From: Candidatus Thorarchaeota archaeon
Lineage (GTDB): Archaea > Asgardarchaeota > Thorarchaeia > Thorarchaeales > Thorarchaeaceae
Direction: 5' to 3'
DNA length: 64,000 nt
Assembly (NCBI GenBank): GCA_016839275.1
Contig: JAEOUM010000117.1
Span: 63,861-127,860 of the forward strand
The notes below the pieces were generated by a model, which saw only the letters and a program-made list of their open reading frames with translations, did no database searches and was not told the origin of the DNA. Below are positions 1 through 10,027 of this stretch, piece after piece (position 1 is the first letter of the stretch; every line of letters begins with the position of its first letter). The position numbers were made by a program, and so were the translations under genes.

Positions 1-1536
1 TATCTAAATATAGACCCAGGCACTTTGAATCCAATAGAGCATGGTGAAGTCTTTGTAACTGACCAGACATGGACATTCAGTCCTGTAGAAGGATTCGATT
101 TTCTAATCTCGGAGATTGATTTGGATTTTGGTACCTATGAACGGTTCACTGGTATGGAAGTTCATCCATCACAGAATATAACTTCGGGACAAATCTATAT
201 GTCCGTCATAATGGAAGAGAGGAAAGGAGGATTTCTCGGAAGAACTGTTCAGATAATACCCCACGTCACAGATAGAATCAAGCAGAGGATTTGGGAAGTC
301 GTTCGAAAAGAACCAGTGCCTGATATCCTTTTAGTTGAGATTGGTGGCACCGTGGGTGATATTGAGGCGATGCCATTCCTCGAAGCAGTACGACAACTCA
401 TCAGGGAAGTGGGACGAGAACGAGTTGCAGTTGTTCATGTCACTCTAGTCCCTTACGTAAAATCAGTTGGAGAGTTCAAGACAAAACCGACCCAACACAG
501 TGTTCGTACTCTTCAGAGTCTGGGAATACAGCCCGACATAATGATTTGTAGATCCGAAAAACCACTCACTAAATCTGCAAAGGAAAAAATAGCATTATTC
601 TGCAATGTTCCTGAAGAACAGGTTGTTTCTAATCCTGACATTTCAGTTATCTATGAGCTTCCGCTATCATTCGAAGAGGAAGGTCTTGGAGAAATCCTAG
701 TTAATCATTTTAAACTAGAGTCACGCGCTCCCGATACAGAGGTATGGCGAAAAATTGTAGAGTCGTTCGAAAACCCCTCGGAAAAAGTAACCATAGCCAT
801 GCCTGGAAAATACACCACACTAGGGGATTCCTATAAGAGTATCAATGAAGCTCTCGCTCATGCTGCTGCAGCTTGTGACGCTCATGTGGAGATAAAGTGG
901 ATTGAAACAGAAGAGCGAAGCACAGAGGAATGCCTTCTTGAAGATCTTTCTGATGTCGACGGTGTTCTACTCACACCTGGATTTGGAGAGCGTGGGGTTG
1001 AAGGCATGATTTGTGCTGCTACCGTTGCTTTAGAATCAAAAATACCCCTTTTGGGCATTTGTTATGGTGCACAATTATCTACAGTTGCTTTTGCTCGACG
1101 TGTAATGGGTTGGAAGGGTGCTAATACAACAGAAGTCGATGCGGATAGTCTCTATCCTGTAGTAGACTTGATGGATGATCAGAAACTGACCGAGGACAAG
1201 GGTGGGACGATGAGGCTTGGAGGACATACCGTTCACATTGTAGACGGTTCTCGTCTGCATGATATCTATGGCGCGGATGTAGTTCGAGAACGATTTAGGC
1301 ACCGATTCCATCTTATTGAAAGATACCTCAACAAGATGCGTGATCGAGGTCTTAGTGTGTCAGCATATGATGACAGTGGGCGAATAATCAATGCCATAGA
1401 ACTTGCTGATCACCCCTTTTGGATTGGTGTTCAATTCCATCCTGAGTTCAAGTCTAGACCCGGAGAACCACACCCACTTTACTTGGGGCTAATAAGGGCT
1501 GCTCTTGAATACAAGAGAGAGAGAGTGAAATCATAG
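1..1536 (+). CDS. pyrG: CTP synthase, 5'-partial (open frame continues to the window start)
   Basis: YLNIDPGT at the window start; GTVGDIEAMPFLEAVRQL synthetase motif; C-terminal class-I glutamine amidotransferase motifs (GICYGAQL, HPEF). Confidence 0.9.
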   Translation, partial: YLNIDPGTLNPIEHGEVFVTDQTWTFSPVEGFDFLISEIDLDFGTYERFTGMEVHPSQNITSGQIYMSVIMEERKGGFLGRTVQIIPHVTDRIKQRIWEVVRKEPVPDILLVEIGGTVGDIEAMPFLEAVRQLIREVGRERVAVVHVTLVPYVKSVGEFKTKPTQHSVRTLQSLGIQPDIMICRSEKPLTKSAKEKIALFCNVPEEQVVSNPDISVIYELPLSFEEEGLGEILVNHFKLESRAPDTEVWRKIVESFENPSEKVTIAMPGKYTTLGDSYKSINEALAHAAAACDAHVEIKWIETEERSTEECLLEDLSDVDGVLLTPGFGERGVEGMICAATVALESKIPLLGICYGAQLSTVAFARRVMGWKGANTTEVDADSLYPVVDLMDDQKLTEDKGGTMRLGGHTVHIVDGSRLHDIYGADVVRERFRHRFHLIERYLNKMRDRGLSVSAYDDSGRIINAIELADHPFWIGVQFHPEFKSRPGEPHPLYLGLIRAALEYKRERVKS

Positions 1537-2702
1537 TGGACAAGAATCTCGACAAGCTTTTGTCTCAACTCGTTAAAGAAATAGAGCGAGTCGAGTTAAC
1601 AAAAAACCAGTTTGGTGAAGTCTTACAGAATATAAAAGACAGAATCAACCTTGCTAAGTTTCCGGCCGTAGCATCTGCTACAATCGAGAAGGGATTCACA
1701 AAGAAAACGGAACCCACCAGTCTATCAGGGCTGCGCATAGCAGGGATTGATGGTGGGTTAGTCAGACGCCGGTTTCGGTCCATGGATTTAATTCTAATAC
1801 GAGGTATTGCGGTTATATTTCAGTTTGGCCCTGAAGAAGGTCCTAATGTTGAGTTCTTCCCGGACCCCTTTCCAGAACCACAAATACGCCCCATGATGTT
1901 AACACTATCTGGAACAGAGTTGGACCAACTTGCTTCATTGGAGAGGGTCGCTGCAGAACTCAGAGTGACCCTTGCAGTTCTTGAAAAATACCATACCGAT
2001 TTAATACTGGTAGATGGTTCACTGTTCTATCATCCTCGAGACCGCCCCCAAGCAGGATCGATAGTCTATGAGCAATTCCAAGAGGTACTATCTCTTTACA
2101 GACAAGTATACAACACGACTCGAAAGAAGGGGACTACCCTTGTGGGAATCGTGAAGGACAGTCGATCAAGTAGAGTGACTAGTATTCTGGGAGATATTCT
2201 TCCACATATTATACGTGATCCCGCTATATTTGAGATGATGCAAGGAGTAGACTATCGATGGCTGCTCAAAATCTCTAGAGACTGTGATATCTTGGACACA
2301 TTCTTAATTGAAGGTGAACGGTCTTTCGTTTTCAGGTACTCTTCAGAACTTCAAAATACAAGTAACTCGCCCCCTGACGATCTTACAAGTTGGGCATCAA
2401 CCATTTGGGTAACCTATCTAAAGACTGCTCGTGATGACTTACCACTAAGAATAGAGATTCTTGCTGACATCAACTCAGAGGAAGATGTATGGAAGATTGA
2501 CAAAGCACTCGCTGCTATTCTTCCACTCTCTTGGCAGCATCCTGAGTATGGAATTCCAACCCCAATTCTTGAGGCAGATACAAGAGCAAAGATAACTACG
2601 AATGAAACAAACATGGTAATAGATCGGCTTATGGCTCTGTCAGGGCTTACCTATACAACTCTCGAGAAAAGACGTTCAAGAAATCCATTTGGAGGAAGTT
2701 AA
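1536..2702 (+). CDS. nurA: NurA 5'-3' nuclease
   Basis: GIDGG and LILVDGSLF NurA motifs; start overlaps the pyrG stop (TAGTG); directly precedes herA. Confidence 0.7.
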   Translation: MDKNLDKLLSQLVKEIERVELTKNQFGEVLQNIKDRINLAKFPAVASATIEKGFTKKTEPTSLSGLRIAGIDGGLVRRRFRSMDLILIRGIAVIFQFGPEEGPNVEFFPDPFPEPQIRPMMLTLSGTELDQLASLERVAAELRVTLAVLEKYHTDLILVDGSLFYHPRDRPQAGSIVYEQFQEVLSLYRQVYNTTRKKGTTLVGIVKDSRSSRVTSILGDILPHIIRDPAIFEMMQGVDYRWLLKISRDCDILDTFLIEGERSFVFRYSSELQNTSNSPPDDLTSWASTIWVTYLKTARDDLPLRIEILADINSEEDVWKIDKALAAILPLSWQHPEYGIPTPILEADTRAKITTNETNMVIDRLMALSGLTYTTLEKRRSRNPFGGS

Positions 2703-4221
2703 GATTACAGCAGAATACCCACCCACAGCAAGACTGGGAACCGTTGTTTCTACAGACTCAGGTCCCAATGTTATGGAATTCTCATTCGTAGTAGAGGGTG
2801 GTCCAAAAGAGGTAGTTGCAAGGCGCGGTGAATTCATCTCCGTCGTCACTGATAACGGGACCGTGATTGCGAGAGTTCAAGACCTTGTCAGAACAAATAG
2901 ATATTATCAACACGCAGAAGCAGTAAGAGAGTACCAATCACGAGGGGAGCCCCTACGTTCTATATTTCCTACAGATCGATGGCAATATACTATTGCAAAA
3001 GCAAGGGTATTAGGGCTGTGGTCTGGAGGACAAACAATCCGTCCATACTTTTCAATTTCCCCGGGGGCTGTTGTTAGAAGACCCGATGAGAGCACATTGG
3101 CCTCCTTCCTAAAACTCGATACGAAAAATGGGTTGAATCTTGGAACCCTTGCATACCAGAGCCTTGGATTCGCCCCATCAGTTGATCGGTTATTGTCAAA
3201 GCATCTTGCCATCTTAGCTATGAGTGGAGCGGGAAAATCATACTTTGTTTCAGTTCTGTTGGAAGAATTACTGACCCGTACGAAAGAGCAAGGGCGACTC
3301 TCGGTCATTGTCATAGATGTGCATGGTGAGTATAGTTATCTCAAGGATATTGAACCAGAGAACCTTGGTCTTCCTCAGGGAGAGTTCCGAGTTGATCATG
3401 TTAGAGCATCGCATTTTCAAATACCTGTTCAGTTGCTTACAGCAGAATCTATTGGAGCCCTAGTAGCAGACATGAGTTCCATCCAAGTTCGGGACCTGCG
3501 ACGCGTAATCTCTGAAATGCAGGACACTTTGAAGTCCGGTTATACTCTGGCTGATATTGTCACGTATATTCGTGATGATGAAACTATCAGTAAGAATACA
3601 AAGGAAGCCCTCATTGGCTGGCTCTTTAGTCTTGATGAAACCAGCCTATTTGGAAAGGGTGCCACTCCAGACATTCGAACTATTGTAAAACCCGGTAAGA
3701 TTACACTTATTGATCTAAGTGATTTCATTAGTTTGAAAAAGAAGCAGATAATAGTATCTTATCTTGCTAATGAACTCCTTAGGCTTAGACGTAGGGGCGA
3801 CATTCCTCCCTTTCTTCTAATACTGGAGGAGGCTCATCAATTTTGTCCTGAGGGCCGTCATGAGATAGCTCTTCCAAAAAGTCGCATTGAAACGATTGCA
3901 CGTGAGGGACGAAAATTCCATGCACTCTTATGTTTGATATCCCAGAGACCTGTGAAGCTCTCAACGACAGTACTTAGCCAATGTAGCAATCAGGCTATCT
4001 TCCGATGCACAAATCCGTACGATCTTGATCATATTGGTCGATCAAGTGAGGGTATTGACCGCCCATCTCTTGATGCAATTACAACTCTTGAGATTGGAGA
4101 GGCTCTATTCATCGGTGAAGCTGTTTCAGTACCCACATTTGTGAAGATACGAAAAAGACGTTTTGAACCATCTGGCTTAGCTCAAACTCTATCCGAGGCA
4201 ATCAAAAAGGCTGATAGATAA
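2689..4221 (+). CDS. herA: HerA DNA helicase/translocase (FtsK-like ATPase)
   Basis: Walker A AMSGAGKSYF; Walker B LLILEEAHQF; canonical nurA-herA pairing with a 14-nt overlap. Confidence 0.8.
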   Translation: MEEVKITAEYPPTARLGTVVSTDSGPNVMEFSFVVEGGPKEVVARRGEFISVVTDNGTVIARVQDLVRTNRYYQHAEAVREYQSRGEPLRSIFPTDRWQYTIAKARVLGLWSGGQTIRPYFSISPGAVVRRPDESTLASFLKLDTKNGLNLGTLAYQSLGFAPSVDRLLSKHLAILAMSGAGKSYFVSVLLEELLTRTKEQGRLSVIVIDVHGEYSYLKDIEPENLGLPQGEFRVDHVRASHFQIPVQLLTAESIGALVADMSSIQVRDLRRVISEMQDTLKSGYTLADIVTYIRDDETISKNTKEALIGWLFSLDETSLFGKGATPDIRTIVKPGKITLIDLSDFISLKKKQIIVSYLANELLRLRRRGDIPPFLLILEEAHQFCPEGRHEIALPKSRIETIAREGRKFHALLCLISQRPVKLSTTVLSQCSNQAIFRCTNPYDLDHIGRSSEGIDRPSLDAITTLEIGEALFIGEAVSVPTFVKIRKRRFEPSGLAQTLSEAIKKADR

Positions 4222-4276
4222 TGTGCGGGATAACCTCCCCGCAATCCTGATAAGATAAAACTCAGGATTCAACTTA

Positions 4277-4942
4277 TTGAGATACACTGGGGGTCTCAAG
4301 TCCTTGAATGATGACGAGATGAATGATGTACGACAGTTGATTGATCTAATGCAGTCACAATTAGTAGAACTATTTGATCAACTACGTGAGTTGAGAGAGC
4401 GTCTCAACCTTATCTCAGAGCCATCATCAGATGGCGAATCATCCATTCTTCCCCTCTTTGCTGAAGTCAAAAAGACTTCTAAGAAATCTGCTAGTAGTAC
4501 CGAATTGGACATTGATGAGAGCTCAGAAGAAGCAGTAGCCAATGATGAAGAGCTGGAAAACCCTCCGAACAATCACTCTACTTCTCCCACTGAAGATGTT
4601 GACGTATCTTTAGTGGACTCTATTGACTCAGCTTCTGGTACTTTCGACTCCACGGCAATAAGTGCAAAGGTGAGTCGGGTTCTCGATCCAATAGCACGAG
4701 AGTTACGGACTGGCGAAGCAACTGCGGATATTATTATGGAATATCTTCAATCCGCAAAAGAATATTTAATTGACGAGGATGAACGGAAGAAGAAAGTTGC
4801 GCGGGACATGGATATAGTCTTGAATTTTCTAAAAGCACGGGGAAAGAGGGGAATACGGTCGGAGGAACGTGATAACATATTGAAAAGAATACGCCGCTGG
4901 AAAGCCCACCTAGTATCTTATTCAGACTCTCCAGCAGAATAG
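4277..4942 (+). CDS. Hypothetical acidic, helical protein downstream of herA
   Basis: 221-aa ORF, acidic and helical, no recognisable motif. Confidence 0.35.
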   Translation: MRYTGGLKSLNDDEMNDVRQLIDLMQSQLVELFDQLRELRERLNLISEPSSDGESSILPLFAEVKKTSKKSASSTELDIDESSEEAVANDEELENPPNNHSTSPTEDVDVSLVDSIDSASGTFDSTAISAKVSRVLDPIARELRTGEATADIIMEYLQSAKEYLIDEDERKKKVARDMDIVLNFLKARGKRGIRSEERDNILKRIRRWKAHLVSYSDSPAE

Positions 4943-4959
4943 GCCCCGACTGGATAAAC

Positions 4960-5250
4960 CTACTCCAAGTCAAGTATAACGCGTTTTACCTTTGTCTTTG
5001 AGATTTTCTTCAAGCCATGTTGACCTGGCTCGTATCTACAATCCAGGAGACCTGCCTCATAAAGGATCTTGATTTGGGCACTGGCATTAGCCTCGGTTCC
5101 GCCAAGATGTCGTGCCACTCTTGTTACGTCCTTCTCACCTTGAAGAAGGAGTCTTAGTACTTTCAATCTAGTTGCAGAAGATAGCGCGCGTCCAATACGT
5201 AGTATTGCATCATCGTTGTCAATTTGTAGTGTTTCGGACAGTTCTAGCAC
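4960..5250 (-). CDS. ArsR-family winged-helix transcriptional regulator
   Basis: LRIGRALSSATRLKVLRLLLQGEKDVTRVARHLG... HTH pattern typical of ArsR/SmtB. Confidence 0.55.
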   Translation of the reverse strand: MLELSETLQIDNDDAILRIGRALSSATRLKVLRLLLQGEKDVTRVARHLGGTEANASAQIKILYEAGLLDCRYEPGQHGLKKISKTKVKRVILDLE

Positions 5251-5392
5251 CTCATGCGAGCGTTGGCGTGTTGCTCAAGTAAGTCTTTATTATACTTGTT
5301 GTTTGGGAAGTTCTGAGGATACATTCACATAACCCAATGGTCAAAAGGGTTCATAGCCAGTCTAAATTATTGTGATGTGAGTGCTGAGCTGA

Positions 5393-7420
5393 ATGGGCGA
5401 TGAAAGTGTATTCATTATAGGCTTTGATATACTACCTTCACACAGTCCTGGGGCTAGATCTGCTCCAAAATTCGCATGTGTAATAATGAGAGATGGAGTA
5501 ATTCTGAATGAATACCCAGAAATTTCTCGTGGTGCTCTATTAAAGATAGTCAAAACAATAGCACCAAAGTGGTTCTGTACCGATAATATCTTCGAGATAG
5601 TCCCTGATAGTAAGTCGTTATTTCAACTGGCAAGTCGTATTCCCAACGAAACAAGAATTGTTCAGGTGACAGGGGTTCCACCACATCAAATTCAGCTCAA
5701 GACTTTAGCTCGTCGTCATGGCATAAACATACGAGGAAAGCCAAGCGCTCTAGAGTCAGCAGCAATCGCCGCTCAACTGGCATCGAAAGGCATTGGTCAT
5801 TCATTAGAGTGTTTCAGTGAACAGACCGAGATCAAAGTGACTCGAGCTCGGAAACCTGGTAGTGGAGGACAGAGCGCCAATAGATACAGACGTAGAATTC
5901 ATTCCGAGATTCAACAGATGACACGATTTATTGAATCTCAGCTCAAAGCTGCTGAAATCGAGTATGATATAGATGTCCGTAATTCTGATTTTGGATACGC
6001 AAGTGCACGTCTTATCACAAATGCACCTCTCCCAGTAATTCGAAACAAAATAGATGCCAAGAGGGGCGGTGACTTCAATATTCTGATTTCGCCTGTTCGT
6101 AAGCGTGTCGAGTTCATGCCTCTTGAACCTATGACAAATCTTTCCGAAATTAAGCCAAAATACTACATACTTGGAGTTGATCCTGGAATAACTGCTGCAT
6201 ACTGTCTTTTGTCTTTAGACGGTAAGGTAAAGGTTCTGAAAAGTAGGAAAGGGCTAACTAGAGCGGATATGATACGCGAGGTCTATGAGACCGGTATTCC
6301 AGTTATGCTGGCTTCTGATGTTCCACAAGCACCTCACTTCGTTGAGAAGATAGCAAGTACAGTCAATGCAATAGTGTATACTCCTGCAAAAGCTATTCCC
6401 GTAGCTGAAAAGCAAGAGCTTGCACGGTCATATGCCAATCACATCAGAGTTCGTAATGCTCACGAGCGAGATGCGTTAACCGCAGCTATCTATGCATTTA
6501 GATCAGTCCTGCCAAAATTGCAGCAGATTGATCGTATGATAAAGGAAGAGCAACTCACGGTTGATCGAAACCATCTGAAGGCTCTCGTGATTAAAGGCAC
6601 CCCTATTAATGAGGCTCTGGCGAGTTTGGAACGTTCAGGTGCAGAGATTGTGGAAACCATCCCAGTAGAACAACCGGTTCAACCATCTGAGGAGAAACTG
6701 ACACAAGAGCGGTTCGATGCTTTAAAAAATCGCTTTGAGCAGATAGAGGATGAAAATCAGGTCCTAGCAGAAAGAGTAGAGGATCTCATACGATTTGTAG
6801 AATATCTCAAGTTCAGAGAAAGTGAGCTTGAGCATAGTCTTGAGATAGTTACTCAGAACAACTACTGGAGAATAAAACGTGACAGAGAATTGGAGAAATC
6901 AAAATCTTCGCTTAAGAAAGCTGAAGCAGACATTATCAAACTTCGAAAACAAGAAGCAACAATGAAGAGTAGACTAGAGCTTCTCAAAGGTGTCAAGCGT
7001 CTTGAGATGCGCGGTGATATGTTAGCTGTGAAAGTGATACCTCATTTCACCCGAGAGAGTGTAGAGGAGTACAATCATAAGGTTGGTTTGAAAGCTGGTG
7101 ATATTATCCTATTTGAGGACGCCTCAGGTGGAGGCCTACAGACTGCAGGACTATTAATTGAAAAACAGATTCGTGCTGTTGTTGTTGACACTCCGCTCTC
7201 ACATCTTCCAAGAGAAGAGCTTGTACGAGCTCTCATACCGATTATTGATGCAAAAGAAGTGGATTTACGACGAATTGATGAATTTGCCTTCATTAGTCGG
7301 AAAAAGTTTGAGAGTGTCCTTCAATCATTCATCAAGGATGTGCGCGAACAAGCTAGACAGAAGGGTGAGGAACAACTAGTACAACTGATTGAACGATACA
7401 AACGAGAGATAGAACGTTAG
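5393..7420 (+). CDS. Conserved archaeal protein with two RNase H-fold (RuvC/YqgF-like) segments and a long coiled coil (COG2433/DUF460-like)
   Basis: IIGFDIL at the N-terminus and YILGVDPGITAAYCLL (RuvC/YqgF-like) mid-protein; strongly coiled-coil C-terminal third. Confidence 0.5.
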   Translation: MGDESVFIIGFDILPSHSPGARSAPKFACVIMRDGVILNEYPEISRGALLKIVKTIAPKWFCTDNIFEIVPDSKSLFQLASRIPNETRIVQVTGVPPHQIQLKTLARRHGINIRGKPSALESAAIAAQLASKGIGHSLECFSEQTEIKVTRARKPGSGGQSANRYRRRIHSEIQQMTRFIESQLKAAEIEYDIDVRNSDFGYASARLITNAPLPVIRNKIDAKRGGDFNILISPVRKRVEFMPLEPMTNLSEIKPKYYILGVDPGITAAYCLLSLDGKVKVLKSRKGLTRADMIREVYETGIPVMLASDVPQAPHFVEKIASTVNAIVYTPAKAIPVAEKQELARSYANHIRVRNAHERDALTAAIYAFRSVLPKLQQIDRMIKEEQLTVDRNHLKALVIKGTPINEALASLERSGAEIVETIPVEQPVQPSEEKLTQERFDALKNRFEQIEDENQVLAERVEDLIRFVEYLKFRESELEHSLEIVTQNNYWRIKRDRELEKSKSSLKKAEADIIKLRKQEATMKSRLELLKGVKRLEMRGDMLAVKVIPHFTRESVEEYNHKVGLKAGDIILFEDASGGGLQTAGLLIEKQIRAVVVDTPLSHLPREELVRALIPIIDAKEVDLRRIDEFAFISRKKFESVLQSFIKDVREQARQKGEEQLVQLIERYKREIER

Positions 7421-7448
7421 ACTCCACATTCAAATGGAGCGATTGTGT

Positions 7449-7664
7449 CTACTCTGGAATCTGTATCCAAAGAATGTTATTGCCTCTAATCAAAATCTGA
7501 CCATACTTTGCCAAAATCTGCTCGTTTTCCATTTCCTCAGCTTCTGAAAGTGTGAGGTTCATATACATATCACATCTAGTCAGGTGACCTCTAAAGATCC
7601 TCTGATCCTTGAGCTTTACTGAAATTACATCTTCAAGCTGTTGTTCAAGTGCTTTAATGGGCAT
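7449..7664 (-). CDS. Sm-like archaeal protein (SmAP); the ORF track extends the N-terminus to 7742
   Basis: Sm1/Sm2 pattern ...VKLKDQRIFRGHLTRCDMYMNLTLSEAEE...ILIRGNNI; likely start at the internal Met MPIKAL. Confidence 0.7.
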   Translation of the reverse strand: MPIKALEQQLEDVISVKLKDQRIFRGHLTRCDMYMNLTLSEAEEMENEQILAKYGQILIRGNNILWIQIPE

Positions 7665-7821
7665 TTTCTCGGACAAACTGTACGCCTCTAGAAAGTGGCC
7701 GATTGCGAGGATTATAAAGCCTTTGCTACAAGAACTTTGCAAGATGTGACCTGAGCGGAAGAGTCAACTTGCAGTGACACACATTCAGGTTCAATAATAC
7801 ACTAGACCAAAGGTTACTGTA

Positions 7822-8811
7822 ATGCCACTTATCTGTCTTGGACTTGAAGGAACTGCACACTCATTCGGTGCTGGCATAGTCACAAGTGAGGGTGTTGTAC
7901 TTGCAAATGAATGGGACATGCTAAAACCGTCTCAAGGAGGCATCCATCCCCGTGAAGCAAGTAGACATCACTCTGATTTTGGTCCAAGTATCATTAGTAA
8001 GGCATTCGAAACTGCAGATATCAATTACAGGGATATTGATTTGATAGCCTTCTCGAGAGGTCCTGGCCTGGGTCCCTGTTTGAGGACTACGGCCACAATG
8101 GCGAGAACACTTGCAGTAAAACTTGGAATTCCTCTGGTAGATGTCAATCATTGTGTTGCTCACATAGAGATAGGCAATCTTGAGTCTGGCTTCGATGATC
8201 CGGTGACAGTTTATGTTTCAGGAGGAAACACTCAGGTAATTGCGTATGCTGGAGGGCGTTTCAGAACCTTTGGAGAAACACTAGACATTGCAATCGGAAA
8301 CATGCTAGATGTACTTGGTCGCCACTTTGGCATGCCCTTTCCAGCAGGTCCGATAATAGAGAAGGAGGCAAGGGCGGGTAGAACATTCTATAGTCTTCCT
8401 TACTCTGTTAAGGGTATGGATATCAGCTATTCAGGAATGCTTACTGCGGCAAAAAGACTATTCTCGGAAGGAATTCCAATCCCAGATATTTGTTTCAGTG
8501 TTCAGGAAACCTCGTTCGGTATGCTTGCCGAAATTGCTGAAAGAGCCATAGCACACACTAAAAAGAAGGAGCTTCTTCTGACTGGAGGTGTTGCACGCAA
8601 CAATCGCTTAACAGAGATTCTATCAGGAGTGTCAGAACGGCACGAAGCACGATTTCATAGAGTTTCTCCTTCTCTAGCTGGTGATCAGGGAGCGATGATT
8701 GCATGGAATGGTATCTTACAGTACAAGTCTGGTCATGAAATTAAAATCAGCAGTTCTCATGTTCTACCCAAATGGAGAACTGATGAGCAAGATATACTAT
8801 GGAGAAAATGA
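7822..8811 (+). CDS. kae1: KEOPS subunit Kae1 (tRNA t6A37 threonylcarbamoyltransferase)
   Basis: MPLICLGLEGTAHSFGAGIV N-terminus; ASKHA/Kae1 metal-binding His pair (HCVAH). Confidence 0.85.
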   Translation: MPLICLGLEGTAHSFGAGIVTSEGVVLANEWDMLKPSQGGIHPREASRHHSDFGPSIISKAFETADINYRDIDLIAFSRGPGLGPCLRTTATMARTLAVKLGIPLVDVNHCVAHIEIGNLESGFDDPVTVYVSGGNTQVIAYAGGRFRTFGETLDIAIGNMLDVLGRHFGMPFPAGPIIEKEARAGRTFYSLPYSVKGMDISYSGMLTAAKRLFSEGIPIPDICFSVQETSFGMLAEIAERAIAHTKKKELLLTGGVARNNRLTEILSGVSERHEARFHRVSPSLAGDQGAMIAWNGILQYKSGHEIKISSSHVLPKWRTDEQDILWRK

Positions 8812-8812
8812 T

Positions 8813-9442
8813 ATGAAAGATGTTATTCTTGCTCTTGGTGCTGAGTCTGTGATATTCAAGACTCAAAGATGGAATCAGTCCTTTGCCCTAAAATGGCGTA
8901 AGTCAAAGCCTTACCTCCTAGAAGAGATTGATTCCCTACTACGGAAAACCAGAACAAGTAAAGAATGCAGAACGCTCACAATTGCTCGTGAGCTGGGTGT
9001 ACGTACGCCAGCGGTATATTCTGTAGACCTCAATAGTTATTCAATACTTATGGATTTCATAGAGGGAACACAGTTCAAACTGCTTGTAGAGAGAGTTTCT
9101 CAGAAACAACTAATGGAGCTTTGTCAAAGATTTGGACAGTCAATTGCTCAACTCCACCAAGGAGGAGTTGTACATGGCGATCCAACAACAAGTAATGTAA
9201 TAGTCGACCAACATTTACGCCTCTGGCTTATTGACTTTGGCCTATCTGAGATGAACGCTACGGTTGAAATGAAGGGAGTCGATCTTCATCTGATTCGAAG
9301 AGCTCTTGAAACCACGCATTGGGATAAGCAAGAACTTATGCTGAATGCTACTATTGAAGGATATATTGATACAGCTGGAAAAGAGGCTGAAGACTCAATT
9401 TCAAGAATGAATGAGATTCGAGAACGTGGTAGATATCATTGA
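8813..9442 (+). CDS. bud32: KEOPS subunit Bud32 (small atypical kinase); start uncertain, ORF track opens at 8699
   Basis: VHGDPTTSNVIV catalytic loop; lies immediately after kae1; GGAG precedes the ATG at 8813. Confidence 0.75.
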   Translation: MKDVILALGAESVIFKTQRWNQSFALKWRKSKPYLLEEIDSLLRKTRTSKECRTLTIARELGVRTPAVYSVDLNSYSILMDFIEGTQFKLLVERVSQKQLMELCQRFGQSIAQLHQGGVVHGDPTTSNVIVDQHLRLWLIDFGLSEMNATVEMKGVDLHLIRRALETTHWDKQELMLNATIEGYIDTAGKEAEDSISRMNEIRERGRYH

Positions 9443-9558
9443 TACAATAGTAAACTAGCCTGCTCAGGTCACCACAAGGTAATCTTTATATCCACAGCAC
9501 AAGGGCAAGGGAACAGAACCCGATTTTTTTGGGGATAGATGACCTAGAGGTTGTCCCG

Positions 9559-10020
9559 ATGGCAAGAATGCATACAAGACGCAAAGGTCAGTCCGGGAGC
9601 AAGCGTCCTTCGACAATGCGAGTACCCGAGTGGCTGGATAAGGAGAAGAATGCGCAGTGGGTAGAAGAGAAAGTTATCGAGCTTGCCAAAGCGGGTAACA
9701 GCCCATCTATGATTGGTATGATATTACGCGACCAATATGGTGTACCCTTAGCAAAAGTCATCACTGGTAAAAGCGTGTTAGCCATTCTCCAAGAGAATGA
9801 TCTTGCAAGAAAAGTTCCTGAAGACCTTCGCAATATGATTAGTAAAGCAGCAAACATTCGAAAACATCTTGAAGAGAACAAGAGCGACTACGTTTCTAAA
9901 CGCGGATTACTGCTTGCTGAAAACAAGATACATAGACTCTCAAAGTACTATCGTAAAACGAAAGTCTTACCAGCTGACTGGAAATACAGTCCCGATCAAG
10001 CAGCTGTGCTACTAAGATAG
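9559..10020 (+). CDS. rps15: 30S ribosomal protein S15 (uS15/S13e)
   Basis: MARMHTRRKGQSGSKRP... typical archaeal S15 N-terminus; ORF track opens 30 nt upstream. Confidence 0.8.
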   Translation: MARMHTRRKGQSGSKRPSTMRVPEWLDKEKNAQWVEEKVIELAKAGNSPSMIGMILRDQYGVPLAKVITGKSVLAILQENDLARKVPEDLRNMISKAANIRKHLEENKSDYVSKRGLLLAENKIHRLSKYYRKTKVLPADWKYSPDQAAVLLR

Positions 10021-10027
10021 TTTTATC

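Noticed and set aside
8699-8812. Longer Bud32 ORF starting at 8699 inside kae1
   Set aside because: The first 38 codons overlap the kae1 3' end in another frame and carry no kinase N-lobe motifs. The ATG at 8813, preceded by GGAG, gives a normal Bud32 N-terminus.
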